In this document: in pieces, positions 52,360 through 61,978 of the stretch
Layout of the letters: every line of letters begins with the position of its first letter
Position numbering within the stretch: position 1 is the first letter of the stretch
Assembly: GCA_913052445.1 (NCBI GenBank)
Contig: CAJXDP010000001.1
Coordinates: forward strand, 187,791-251,790
Direction of reading: 5' to 3'
Source: an uncultured Formosa sp.
Lineage (GTDB): Bacteria; Bacteroidota; Bacteroidia; Flavobacteriales; Flavobacteriaceae
Length of the DNA: 64,000 nt
Notes under the pieces: model-generated
The model's database searches: none
The model's input: the letters and a program-made list of their open reading frames with translations, nothing else
Told to the model about the DNA's origin: nothing
Program-made: the position numbers and the translations under genes

Positions 52360-54810
52360 TTAGTTTTTTGATATTCTAATGATGTCAGCAAATAAGCCAG
52401 AAGCTGTAACTTCAGAACCTGCACCAGCACCCTTAATAATCATCGGCTGGTCTTTATATCGATTCGTATAGAACATTACAATATTATCTTTACCTTCTAA
52501 GTTGTAAAAGGGATGTCCTTTAGGAATTTCTTTGAGTCCAACTTTAGCGACTCCAACTTTAAATTCGGCTACATACTTTAATTTACACTGATTGGATTCC
52601 GCAGAAGCGAAAAGATTTTGAAAATGAGCTTCTTTAAGTATTAAGGTTTCATAAAAGGCTTCTACTGTATCAGCAGTCATACATTCTTTTGGTAAAAAAG
52701 ATTCATTTTTTATATCATTTATATCCATCATTTCTCCACTTTCCCGTGCTAAAATTAATAATTTCCTAGCTACATCAAAGCCACTTAAATCAATTCTAGG
52801 ATCAGGTTCAGTATAGCCCTCAATTTGTGCTTTCTTAACGACGTCGCCGAAGGTAGTGCTTTTATTGAAATTATTAAAAATATAATTTAAACTTCCTGAT
52901 AGAACAGCATGAATAATTTTTATTTCGTCACCTGAATTTATGAGGTGCTTCAACGTATCTATGACCGGTAGTCCTGCTCCTACATTTGTTTCGAATAAAA
53001 AAGGAACATTGTATTTGTGTGACAATTTCTTTAAATCTAAATAGTTTTCAATACTACTAGAGCAGGCAATTTTATTACAAGCAACTACAGCTATACTGTG
53101 TTTTAAATACTGTGCATAATTGGAGGCTACTAGATCACTAGCCGTGATGTCAGTAAAAATGGAATTTCTAAGGTTAAGTGCTCTTGTAGCTTCAAAAAAG
53201 CCTATAGGATCAGATTTTTCACCATTTTCTAAAATAGATTCCCAGTTTTTTAAATCAATTCCGTCTTTATTTAAGGTCATTTTTTTAGAATTAGATAAAC
53301 CAATCACTTTTAACTTGACCTTAAGATTTGTTTTTATATATTTTTTCTGTTGTTTAATCTGATTAATTAAGGATTTTCCAACATTTCCAACCCCTGATAT
53401 AAATAGGTTAATTTGTTTTGACTCTGTCTCAAAAAATCGTTCATGTAAGCAGTTTAATGCCTTTGTTACATCAGATTCAGCTATTATGGTAGATATATTA
53501 CGTTCGGAGGCCCCTTGAGCAATTGCACGAATATTAACATTGTTTCTTCCTAATGTGCTAAACATTTTACCACTTATACCTTGGTGACTTTTCATTAGAT
53601 CTCCTACAACTGCTATAATTGATAAATTAGTTTCAACAACTAAGGGGTCAATTTTGAATAGTGATATTTCATTCTCAAATTCTTTATCAATAACATGCTT
53701 TGCTATAGTGGATTCTTTGTCTAAAATTCCTATACAAATTGAATGCTCAGAAGAAGCTTGAGTAGCAATAATTACATTTATTTTTTCTCTAGCAAGTATT
53801 TCAAATAATCGCTTTGAAAACCCAGGGATACCAACCATGCCATTTCCTTGTAGTGTTAACAATGCAATATTGTTAATGTTGCTAATCCCTTTGATAGGGT
53901 TAGGGTTTCTGTTTTCAACCAAATGTGTAATTAAAGTGCCTTCATCTTGAGGAGCTAAGGTGTTTTTAATTAATAGAGGTATGTGTTTTGAGAGAACGGG
54001 TAGTACAGTAGGCGGGTATAATACTTTAGCACCAAAATGAGATAATTCAATAGCTTCTAGATATGACAGCTTTTTTATAGGCTTAGCATTCTTAACTGAC
54101 TTTGGATTTGAAGTAAACATACCGCTCACATCTGTCCATATTTGAAGTACACTCGCGTTCATTGCAGCAGCTATAATGGCTGCTGTATAATCAGAGCCTC
54201 CACGACCTAGAGTTGTGATTTCTCCATTTTCAGATTTTGATATAAACCCCGGAAGTATGGATATGATCTTGTCATTACTGTCAAAATAGGTAACAATATT
54301 TTCATTTGTTTCTCCAAAATTTACAGCAGCGTTTGTAAAATTTGAGTCTGTAACAATTAGATTTTGTGAGTTTTTTAATTGGATGTTTAAGTCATGTAAT
54401 TTCATCGTTTCGTAAATAATTAACGAAGAAAGTAATTCTCCAAAACTTAAAAGTTTATCGGTAGTTTTAGGAGAAAGCTCATTTATTAAATAAATACCAT
54501 CTAATATCTTTTCTAGCTTCGATAGGTGGTTTAAAACAATATCTAAAGTCGTTTCATGTGCTTCCCCAATTAATAAGCCATCGATGACCTCAATATGTTT
54601 TAAACGCAATGATTCAAAATCATCTTTGTAGTTTTTGTTTCTTTCAATTGCTTTGTTAGCCGCCAACATTAATTTATCTGTAATTCCTCCAATAGCAGAG
54701 ACAACTACTGTTACATTTTCTGACAAAGATTCATTTTTTACAATCTCTATAATTTTTTTTATGTTTTTTGCAGAACCTACTGATGTTCCACCAAATTTTA
54801 AGACTTTCAT
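52360..54810 (-). CDS. thrA: Bifunctional aspartokinase / homoserine dehydrogenase I
   Basis: VLKFGGTSV, TLGRGGSD, ACT domains (QASSEHSI, QGASERNIS), ETNVGAGLP, GYTEPDPRIDL. Confidence 0.96.
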   Translation of the reverse strand: MKVLKFGGTSVGSAKNIKKIIEIVKNESLSENVTVVVSAIGGITDKLMLAANKAIERNKNYKDDFESLRLKHIEVIDGLLIGEAHETTLDIVLNHLSKLEKILDGIYLINELSPKTTDKLLSFGELLSSLIIYETMKLHDLNIQLKNSQNLIVTDSNFTNAAVNFGETNENIVTYFDSNDKIISILPGFISKSENGEITTLGRGGSDYTAAIIAAAMNASVLQIWTDVSGMFTSNPKSVKNAKPIKKLSYLEAIELSHFGAKVLYPPTVLPVLSKHIPLLIKNTLAPQDEGTLITHLVENRNPNPIKGISNINNIALLTLQGNGMVGIPGFSKRLFEILAREKINVIIATQASSEHSICIGILDKESTIAKHVIDKEFENEISLFKIDPLVVETNLSIIAVVGDLMKSHQGISGKMFSTLGRNNVNIRAIAQGASERNISTIIAESDVTKALNCLHERFFETESKQINLFISGVGNVGKSLINQIKQQKKYIKTNLKVKLKVIGLSNSKKMTLNKDGIDLKNWESILENGEKSDPIGFFEATRALNLRNSIFTDITASDLVASNYAQYLKHSIAVVACNKIACSSSIENYLDLKKLSHKYNVPFLFETNVGAGLPVIDTLKHLINSGDEIKIIHAVLSGSLNYIFNNFNKSTTFGDVVKKAQIEGYTEPDPRIDLSGFDVARKLLILARESGEMMDINDIKNESFLPKECMTADTVEAFYETLILKEAHFQNLFASAESNQCKLKYVAEFKVGVAKVGLKEIPKGHPFYNLEGKDNIVMFYTNRYKDQPMIIKGAGAGSEVTASGLFADIIRISKN

Positions 54811-55198
54811 TATATTATTTTTAATTATTTAAAAACGATTATTTTGTATTGAACAATCCTTTGGAAGGATAGTTATATTAATTGGAACCAGCTGGATAGT
54901 ATTAATCACTAAAATTAGAGCTAACATAATGTCCAAGACCACTGTTTTAAATTTAGCAGGTAAAAATTATCAAATTAGTAGAGTTAAAAAAATAATTAAT
55001 CTAGTTTTAAAGATTAATTATTTTAGAGGGATTATAATCTTTATATTTAACAAAAAGCTTACTATTTATAAAGATTTCTTAATTTATAATAATCCACCAA
55101 TTTTGTAATGGAAATTTTGCTTTATGAAAATGTTAATGACTGTTTGATAAGTAGTGTTTAAATATTTGTTTTTTATGTATTTAAAGGAATCTTATTAT

Positions 55199-55206
55199 TA
55201 ATTTTG
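55199..55206 (+). promoter_or_regulatory. -7 promoter element of glyA
   Basis: TAATTTTG 25 nt before the ATG, with an upstream TTTG near 55165. Confidence 0.55.
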
Positions 55207-55231
55207 CATAAACTTTTGAATAATTCAACAC

Positions 55232-56503
55232 ATGCTACGCGACGAACAAATTTTTGAACTAATTGAAGCTGAAAAAAAACGTCAAATCAATGGTATCGAA
55301 TTGATTGCTTCTGAAAACTTTACAAGTGAACAAGTAATGGAGGCTACGGGTTCTGTTCTTACCAACAAATACGCAGAGGGTTACCCTGGTAAACGCTATT
55401 ATGGCGGTTGTGAAATTGTAGATGAAGTTGAACAAATAGCAATCGACCGTGCTAAGACTTTATTTGGTGCTGCTTGGGCCAATGTTCAACCGCATTCAGG
55501 AAGTCAAGCAAACACAGCTGTGTTTCATGCTTGCTTGAAAGTGGGTGATAAGATTCTAGGATTTGATTTATCTCACGGGGGTCATCTTACTCATGGTTCA
55601 CCAGTTAACTTTTCAGGACGTTTATACAACCCTGTTTTTTATGGAGTTGAAAAGGAAACAGGTGTTTTAGATTATGATAAGATTCAAGAAATTGCAACCA
55701 AAGAACAACCTAAATTAATTATAGCTGGTGCTTCTGCCTATTCTAGAGATATTGATTACAAACGATTCCGTGCTATTGCAGACAGCGTAGGTGCATTACT
55801 GCTAGCAGATATCTCTCACCCTTCAGGATTGATTGCTAAGGGTATTTTAAATGATCCTTTACCACACTGCCATATAGTAACAACAACAACCCACAAAACA
55901 CTAAGAGGTCCTAGAGGTGGGCTAATTATGATGGGGACTGATTTTGAAAATCCTTTTGGTATTACTTTAAAATCTGGAAAAGTACGTATGATGTCTTCTT
56001 TATTGGATTCCGCTATATTTCCTGGAAATCAAGGCGGCCCTTTAGAGCATGTCATTGCTGGAAAAGCAATTGCTTTTGGTGAAGCCTTAACAGAAGACTT
56101 TTTACATTACATACTACAAGTCAAAAAGAATGCGGATGCGATGGCGCAAGCCTTTGTAAAACGTAATTACCATTTAATTTCAGGTGGGACTGATAATCAC
56201 ATGATGTTAATTGATTTACGAAACAAGAATATTACTGGAAAAGATGCTGAAAATGCATTAGTGAAAGCGGATATTACAGTTAATAAAAACATGGTGCCTT
56301 TTGATACTCAAAGCCCATTTATAACTTCAGGTATTAGAGTGGGGACTCCAGCCATAACAACCCGTGGTATGAAAGAATCTGATATGGAAACGATTGTAGC
56401 TCTTATTGATGAGGTTATTAATAACTATAATGACGATACTAAGCTTGAAGCAATAGCTCAAAAAGTAAATAGATTAATGAGCCACCGTCCTTTAGTGTTT
56501 TAA
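55232..56503 (+). CDS. glyA: Serine hydroxymethyltransferase
   Basis: [43 protein letters not shown]. Confidence 0.98.
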   Translation: MLRDEQIFELIEAEKKRQINGIELIASENFTSEQVMEATGSVLTNKYAEGYPGKRYYGGCEIVDEVEQIAIDRAKTLFGAAWANVQPHSGSQANTAVFHACLKVGDKILGFDLSHGGHLTHGSPVNFSGRLYNPVFYGVEKETGVLDYDKIQEIATKEQPKLIIAGASAYSRDIDYKRFRAIADSVGALLLADISHPSGLIAKGILNDPLPHCHIVTTTTHKTLRGPRGGLIMMGTDFENPFGITLKSGKVRMMSSLLDSAIFPGNQGGPLEHVIAGKAIAFGEALTEDFLHYILQVKKNADAMAQAFVKRNYHLISGGTDNHMMLIDLRNKNITGKDAENALVKADITVNKNMVPFDTQSPFITSGIRVGTPAITTRGMKESDMETIVALIDEVINNYNDDTKLEAIAQKVNRLMSHRPLVF

Positions 56504-56559
56504 ACTTACCATAGTTCTCATTTAAAAAAACTACTAAATAGCGGTTTTTTTTTAAGTTT

Positions 56560-58125
56560 TTAATCGTCAAACTCAATCGCATTAAAGGCGCCTAAGTCCG
56601 GCGGAGAATTTCTAGTGGAATTTGTAATGTCTTTAGTTAAGTTACCATAGTTTATTCCTGCACCTTCTGCGGGCGATCCAAAAGGAATATTTAATTTATT
56701 ATTATAGGCATCCTTGAACTGTGGGTCATTATTAAAGATAATATTTTCATAAAAAATTGTATCACTAAAGTCATATTCTATTGAAGTAAAGTTTCCATTT
56801 GGGTCATCAAAATAAACAAGGCTATTTGTAAACTTAAAATTAAAATCTTCTGAGTCATCATTTTCAAGCAATAATTCAGGACTATTATTTCCATAAATGA
56901 TGCAATTAGTAAAATTTGCAGCAATTAATGGGTTGGTTGTGATTGTGTTTTCTGCATCTACAATAAAATTATTAAGTAATATTGATGGAAATTGTCTGAA
57001 ACTAGAGGTCCAATAATTGACTATCGTTGAATGTGTAACGTTATAGTTACCTCCAAAAGTTCCGGCAAACGAAGATAAACCACTGTTGTTAATGACTATA
57101 TTTTCAGCTGTTATTGAAGTACCTCTTCCGAGGATTCCGAAATTACTTTGGTTATAAACTTGTGAATTGTTTATTTCAAGTTTTGTAGGGTCTTGTTGAT
57201 TTCCATCGCTCAAGACTCCGATGGTTCCATTTTTAATTGTTGCGTAGTTAATGACATTGTCAGTACTGCCACTTAACAGCCAGATTGTTTGCCATTGTCC
57301 AGGAATATCTTCGTAAAGGGGTTCTAAACGGTCTCCTTCGAAAACGACTTCATTTTCTAAAAGTTCTAAATCTAAACTAGGTAATCCATTAACGTGTAGT
57401 GAAGCATTATTGGTTATTAGGAGTCCAGAATCTTCATGAAAGTGAATTCTAGCTCCTGGGTTTATATTAAGTGTTTTTCCGTCTCCAACTGCTGCATATC
57501 CATAAACCACATATGGCTTATTATTAGTAAAGGTAAGTTCTGAATCTTGTAGAAATCGACCTTTAACGGATGTTTCGTTGTCAACTCCATCTCCATCTGT
57601 ATCAAAAGTCAATGTTTCTATAACCCCTTCAGCATCACGGTTAGGAAAAATAAATACGGCATCTTTTACTAGAGTGACTAGTTCTACGTTTTGTACGCCA
57701 GACGTGGATTCAAACACTATAACATCAGTGTATAAAAACTGTGTTTCATTTTCAACTAAAGGAAATATGTCAATTGTAGTCTCTATAAAAACGTACATAC
57801 TGTCTCTAGCCAATAGTTCAATATTTTCAAACTCTTTTCCAATTAATGCCCCATTGCCTATTAGACCATCTACATTCATTCGATAGTTCGAATCTTGACC
57901 CTTACTAAGTTTTATGGAAGGAATAAGAATGTCCTTATCACTTGTGTTATATACTTTTAGCGTATAGGTACTTGATCCAATATTTGAAAAAACAGTGTCT
58001 AAATAGACAGTGTCTTTAGAAAAATTAAGGTTCCCTGAACTTGGTGTGAATATAAAGTCTTGCCGGCATGAGCTCCAAAAAACCAAAGCAATTAAACTTA
58101 CTACTATGTAAAGTGAACTTTTCAT
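56560..58125 (-). CDS. Hypothetical lipoprotein, probable Ig-like plus right-handed beta-helix domains
   Basis: Lipobox FWSSC; FSKDTVYLDTVF; Asn/Ile-rich stacked repeats; GQW and C-terminal PDLGAF typical of beta-helix proteins. Confidence 0.6.
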   Translation of the reverse strand: MKSSLYIVVSLIALVFWSSCRQDFIFTPSSGNLNFSKDTVYLDTVFSNIGSSTYTLKVYNTSDKDILIPSIKLSKGQDSNYRMNVDGLIGNGALIGKEFENIELLARDSMYVFIETTIDIFPLVENETQFLYTDVIVFESTSGVQNVELVTLVKDAVFIFPNRDAEGVIETLTFDTDGDGVDNETSVKGRFLQDSELTFTNNKPYVVYGYAAVGDGKTLNINPGARIHFHEDSGLLITNNASLHVNGLPSLDLELLENEVVFEGDRLEPLYEDIPGQWQTIWLLSGSTDNVINYATIKNGTIGVLSDGNQQDPTKLEINNSQVYNQSNFGILGRGTSITAENIVINNSGLSSFAGTFGGNYNVTHSTIVNYWTSSFRQFPSILLNNFIVDAENTITTNPLIAANFTNCIIYGNNSPELLLENDDSEDFNFKFTNSLVYFDDPNGNFTSIEYDFSDTIFYENIIFNNDPQFKDAYNNKLNIPFGSPAEGAGINYGNLTKDITNSTRNSPPDLGAFNAIEFDD

Positions 58126-58232
58126 TCGATAAATTTTTTATAAAAATATAACTTTAGAGTTTAATGAAATAGCGTTTATAATTTCCTTTGTGTTTTGAAA
58201 CCATTTATTTATAATTAGCAATAATTAAAGAG

Positions 58233-59267
58233 CTAATTCTTGATGATTCTGACTTCGAATAATTTATCCCATCGTTTTCCAGTTACAAATAAAGTTTCGG
58301 TCTTTGGGTTGTAAGCCATTCCATTTAAAACATCTAGACCGTTGTGCTTAGTAACTTTAGATTTTAAATCTTTAAAGTCAATAACGGCTTCAATTGCTCC
58401 GTTTTTTGGATTTATAATAGCAACCCCATTTTTTTGATAGCGATTTGCATAAATAAAACCTTCAACCCATTCCAACTCGTTTAAGTTTGTTAGCTTTCCT
58501 TTATTTGTATAAGCTTGTATATAACTTTCCTCAGCAAGGGTATTAGCATTTAGCAACCATATAAATTCGGTACCATCTGATTTATAAAATTTTTCACCAT
58601 CATTACAAAGACCCCATCCTTCTTTGCTTTGACCATAATTAAAAGTTTCTATTTGTTCGAATCTGTTGATGTCATAGACTAATCCGCGACCTTCTTTCCA
58701 TGTAAGTTGATAGATTTTATCATTTAGAACCGATAAGCCTTCTCCAAAATAAGTGTCATTTAAATCAATATTTCTAACAATATCTCCAGATTTGTAATCA
58801 ACCTGCCTGATTTTAGATTCTCCATACTGACCTGTGCTTTCATAGAGATTTCCTTTGTAAAACTCTAAGCCTTGGGTGTAAGAGCTAATATCGTGAGGGT
58901 ATGAGTTAACAATTTCATAGGAATATATTTTTGGAGTATTTTTATTAACTATAATTACTTTTTTTATTAAAACTTCAATTTGGGAGTCATAATAAACTTT
59001 CATTTTTAATAGCTTTTCTCCCAACGATATATAGGCTAAATCAACAGAATTAGTTACTTTTTTGTTATCTAAGGTAATTTCAACAGAATCAATTTTTAAA
59101 TTTTTAATATTTACAAGACTAACTTTCAGAGTGTTAGCACTAGAAATGATATTTGTATCACTGTTTAATTGAACAGAAAAGTTAGATTTTATAATCTTGG
59201 AGCTGTTTCCACAACTCATCAAAATTAGGTTAAAAACTATGAAAATGAATAATTTTAAAGCGTGCAT
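58233..59267 (-). CDS. Glutaminyl-peptide cyclotransferase (beta-propeller type), lipoprotein
   Basis: YPHD..YTQGL, ESTGQYG, FGEG, EGWGL, LNELE, DVLNGMAY, VTGKRW; lipobox LMSC. Confidence 0.93.
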   Translation of the reverse strand: MHALKLFIFIVFNLILMSCGNSSKIIKSNFSVQLNSDTNIISSANTLKVSLVNIKNLKIDSVEITLDNKKVTNSVDLAYISLGEKLLKMKVYYDSQIEVLIKKVIIVNKNTPKIYSYEIVNSYPHDISSYTQGLEFYKGNLYESTGQYGESKIRQVDYKSGDIVRNIDLNDTYFGEGLSVLNDKIYQLTWKEGRGLVYDINRFEQIETFNYGQSKEGWGLCNDGEKFYKSDGTEFIWLLNANTLAEESYIQAYTNKGKLTNLNELEWVEGFIYANRYQKNGVAIINPKNGAIEAVIDFKDLKSKVTKHNGLDVLNGMAYNPKTETLFVTGKRWDKLFEVRIIKN

Positions 59268-59355
59268 AGTACAGTTAATTATTTTAGCAATTTATTTATT
59301 TATATTCAGTAAAAAAAATCATTGTGAAAATATTAAAACATTGTATCTTTGCAAT

Positions 59356-59449
59356 GGCAAGTCCTACACAACTAGCTCCTGTTGAATCCTCCAGGGCGGG
59401 AACGCAGCAAAGGTAAATGGTTGTAGCGGTGTGATGTAGGTAGCTTGCC
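59356..59449 (+). ncRNA. ffs: Signal recognition particle RNA (4.5S)
   Basis: Terminal helix GGCAAG/CTTGCC, helix-8-like CCAGGGCGGGAACGCAGCAAAGG, upstream TATCTTTG at 59344-59351, downstream T-run. Confidence 0.88.
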
Positions 59450-59714
59450 TTTTTTTATGCCTTTAAGTTTCCTTAAGCCTCATTGTTTTCTTCAATTTCA
59501 ATTAAAAAAGTGTTTTTAATATCCATTAATTTTTGAGAAGTATGTGTTATTTTAAAACTATATCTGATTTTAAAAATTGTTTGCTATACTTTATATTAGA
59601 TCCCTTTTTTGAATTGATTTACAAACCATAATTAATGATAATTATTTTTTAAAATTTCACTTGTTTATCATCAATAAAAAACTAAATTTACGAATGTAAT
59701 TTAAATTTATATTT

Positions 59715-60368
59715 ATGAAATTTTTTATTGACACTGCTAATTTAGATCAAATTAGAGAAGCTCAAGACTTAGGTGTTCTTGACGGCGTAACGACAAACCC
59801 TTCATTAATGGCTAAGGAAGGAATTTCTGGAGCTGATAACATTTTAAATCACTATAAGTCAATTTGTGATATTGTTGAAGGAGATGTGTCTGCTGAAGTG
59901 ATTTCTACAGATTTTGATGGCATGGTTAAAGAAGGTGAAGCATTAGCTGCATTACACTCTCAAATTGTCGTAAAGCTTCCAATGATAAAAGCCGGTATAA
60001 AAGCATGTAAATATTTTAGCGACAAGGGAATAAGAACTAATGTTACCTTAGTCTTTTCATGTGGTCAAGCATTATTAGCTGCCAAGGCAGGAGCTACTTA
60101 TGTATCGCCTTTTATTGGACGTTTAGACGATATTTCTACAGATGGTTTAAATCTCATTGCAGAAATTCGTCACATATATGATAATTATGGATTTACTACT
60201 GAAATATTAGCAGCATCAGTACGCCATACAATGCATGTAATTGACTGTGCTAAAATAGGTGCTGATGTTATGACTGGGCCATTAAGTTCAATTGAAGGCT
60301 TGTTACGTCATCCATTGACGGACAGTGGATTGGCCAAGTTTTTAGAGGACTATAAAAAAACTAATTAG
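59715..60368 (+). CDS. tal: Transaldolase / fructose-6-phosphate aldolase (small MipB/TalC type)
   Basis: [20 protein letters not shown] (Schiff-base Lys), [18 protein letters not shown]. Confidence 0.93.
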   Translation: MKFFIDTANLDQIREAQDLGVLDGVTTNPSLMAKEGISGADNILNHYKSICDIVEGDVSAEVISTDFDGMVKEGEALAALHSQIVVKLPMIKAGIKACKYFSDKGIRTNVTLVFSCGQALLAAKAGATYVSPFIGRLDDISTDGLNLIAEIRHIYDNYGFTTEILAASVRHTMHVIDCAKIGADVMTGPLSSIEGLLRHPLTDSGLAKFLEDYKKTN

Positions 60369-60422
60369 TATAATTAATACCATTTAAATTACTTAAAATT
60401 CTGTTTTTGGTTTCAGTCTTTT

Positions 60423-61829
60423 TTATTCATACAATTTAAGTATTTTTTCAAATGAAGGGTCAAACATACTGGCTGTAGAATTCAAAATCACTCCTTTTTT
60501 GTCAACAATTAAAATCTTTTTAATATAGTTAATAGCTAATCGTTTTTTTGCAAACAAAGGATTAGAAAATCTATATTCATTTTTGATATTGAATTGATTT
60601 GCATAAATAATATTTTTCCAAACACTAGTATTCATTGAATTTATATTAATGGAAATAAAATCAATAGTTGGAAATAATTTACTTAAAGTATTAACTTTAA
60701 TATGACTGTTTTCAAAATGATACCGGCTAGCATTATCCCAAAAATAGATGACTGTTGTATTATTAAATATAGAATTAATATTTAAATTTTTGTTGTTGTC
60801 ATTAATAACCTCTATCGCAGGTAATTGGTGTCCGGGTTGCAAACCTTGAGTGTTTTTAAATAAATTTTTTATGTATAGTTTGTCTTTAGCATTACTGCTT
60901 TTGTCTAAAAAGGATTGATACAAAATATAGCTCTTATTAATAGATTTTGAATTAGAGATAAAATTACGAGTTGTATATTTTAACAAATTGTTTTTAATCA
61001 TTGAATTTGTAACCAAGCTATCAATAAGATTCAATTTGTGATCAGTGTATTCAAAGTTATTGGAGTCTAAATTAAAATTAGCATCTATGGAAATTAATTG
61101 CTCAAAGGCTAGATTATTTATGTGTGGAAATAAAAAATTATAATAGGGATAAAAATCTTTCAATTCCTTGTCATTATAAATAATTTCTTTTCTGAATTTA
61201 TAAAAATTTGGAGGGAGTTCTTTAAAATCACTTAATTTAATTACCCCAAAATGTCGATAGGGATAAATTTCCTTTCTAGTAAAATAATGATACTTAATAG
61301 TGGAAGCAGCAATCTTTTTAAATAGTTGAGAGTTTGGATTATTTTTCAGGAATAATTGAAGAGATTTAATTTCATTAAAAATTTCAGTTTCTATTGTTTG
61401 ATGAAACATCAAAGGTTCTAGTGTATAAAAGTCACTATTATTACTGTTTCCATTTTCTAATTTTGATAGTAGTTCAATAAGATAATTATTTTTTCTTGCA
61501 CCTATTCCATTAAAGGTGATTGATCCATCAAAATCATGCGTATTAATATGCATCATTATGCTATCATTTGGTTCTAAAACGATAGATTGATGGTTACCAC
61601 CATGAACAAAAGAATAAATTCCTGGATTGAAATCTATAAAATGATGTGAAAATTTATTATTTGTATTTAGAAATAAGGTGTCAATATTATCTTTGGGGTC
61701 ATAGAGTACTAAATAATTATTGGAGGGGTTGATAATATCACCTCCGATGAAAACAATGTTTTCATTTTTGACTGTGTTTTGGCAACCATAAAAAAGGGCA
61801 ATTACTATAAGAAAGTATATTGATTTCAT
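60423..61829 (-). CDS. Lipoprotein with a C-terminal TlpA/thioredoxin-like domain lacking CXXC
   Basis: Lipobox FYGC; PG..LP...TVIYFW...FISINI...ILIVDKKGVI fold pattern. Confidence 0.65.
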   Translation of the reverse strand: MKSIYFLIVIALFYGCQNTVKNENIVFIGGDIINPSNNYLVLYDPKDNIDTLFLNTNNKFSHHFIDFNPGIYSFVHGGNHQSIVLEPNDSIMMHINTHDFDGSITFNGIGARKNNYLIELLSKLENGNSNNSDFYTLEPLMFHQTIETEIFNEIKSLQLFLKNNPNSQLFKKIAASTIKYHYFTRKEIYPYRHFGVIKLSDFKELPPNFYKFRKEIIYNDKELKDFYPYYNFLFPHINNLAFEQLISIDANFNLDSNNFEYTDHKLNLIDSLVTNSMIKNNLLKYTTRNFISNSKSINKSYILYQSFLDKSSNAKDKLYIKNLFKNTQGLQPGHQLPAIEVINDNNKNLNINSIFNNTTVIYFWDNASRYHFENSHIKVNTLSKLFPTIDFISININSMNTSVWKNIIYANQFNIKNEYRFSNPLFAKKRLAINYIKKILIVDKKGVILNSTASMFDPSFEKILKLYE

Positions 61830-61978
61830 TTTATTTAGCGCTTATCAAATAATATATTACTTGAATCAAAAATACGCTTATGAACTATTCGTTCTTGTTA
61901 AGGCGTTGTTAAATTACAACTAAGTTTAATTTGATGATTGATTTGATTTATTTACTTTTGCCAAAATTATTTTAAACA

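Noticed and set aside
56524-56553. Terminator between glyA and the convergent lipoprotein gene
   Set aside because: A- and T-tracts are present, but the 5-bp core has a mismatch and a wobble, so it is too weak to call
757-57886. Many 60-102 aa ORFs lying antisense to, or inside, long genes in the ORF track
   Set aside because: Shadow frames of well-supported genes, with no motifs or independent signals
59197-59385. 62-aa ORF on the + strand
   Set aside because: It overlaps the glutaminyl cyclase start, the promoter region and the SRP RNA
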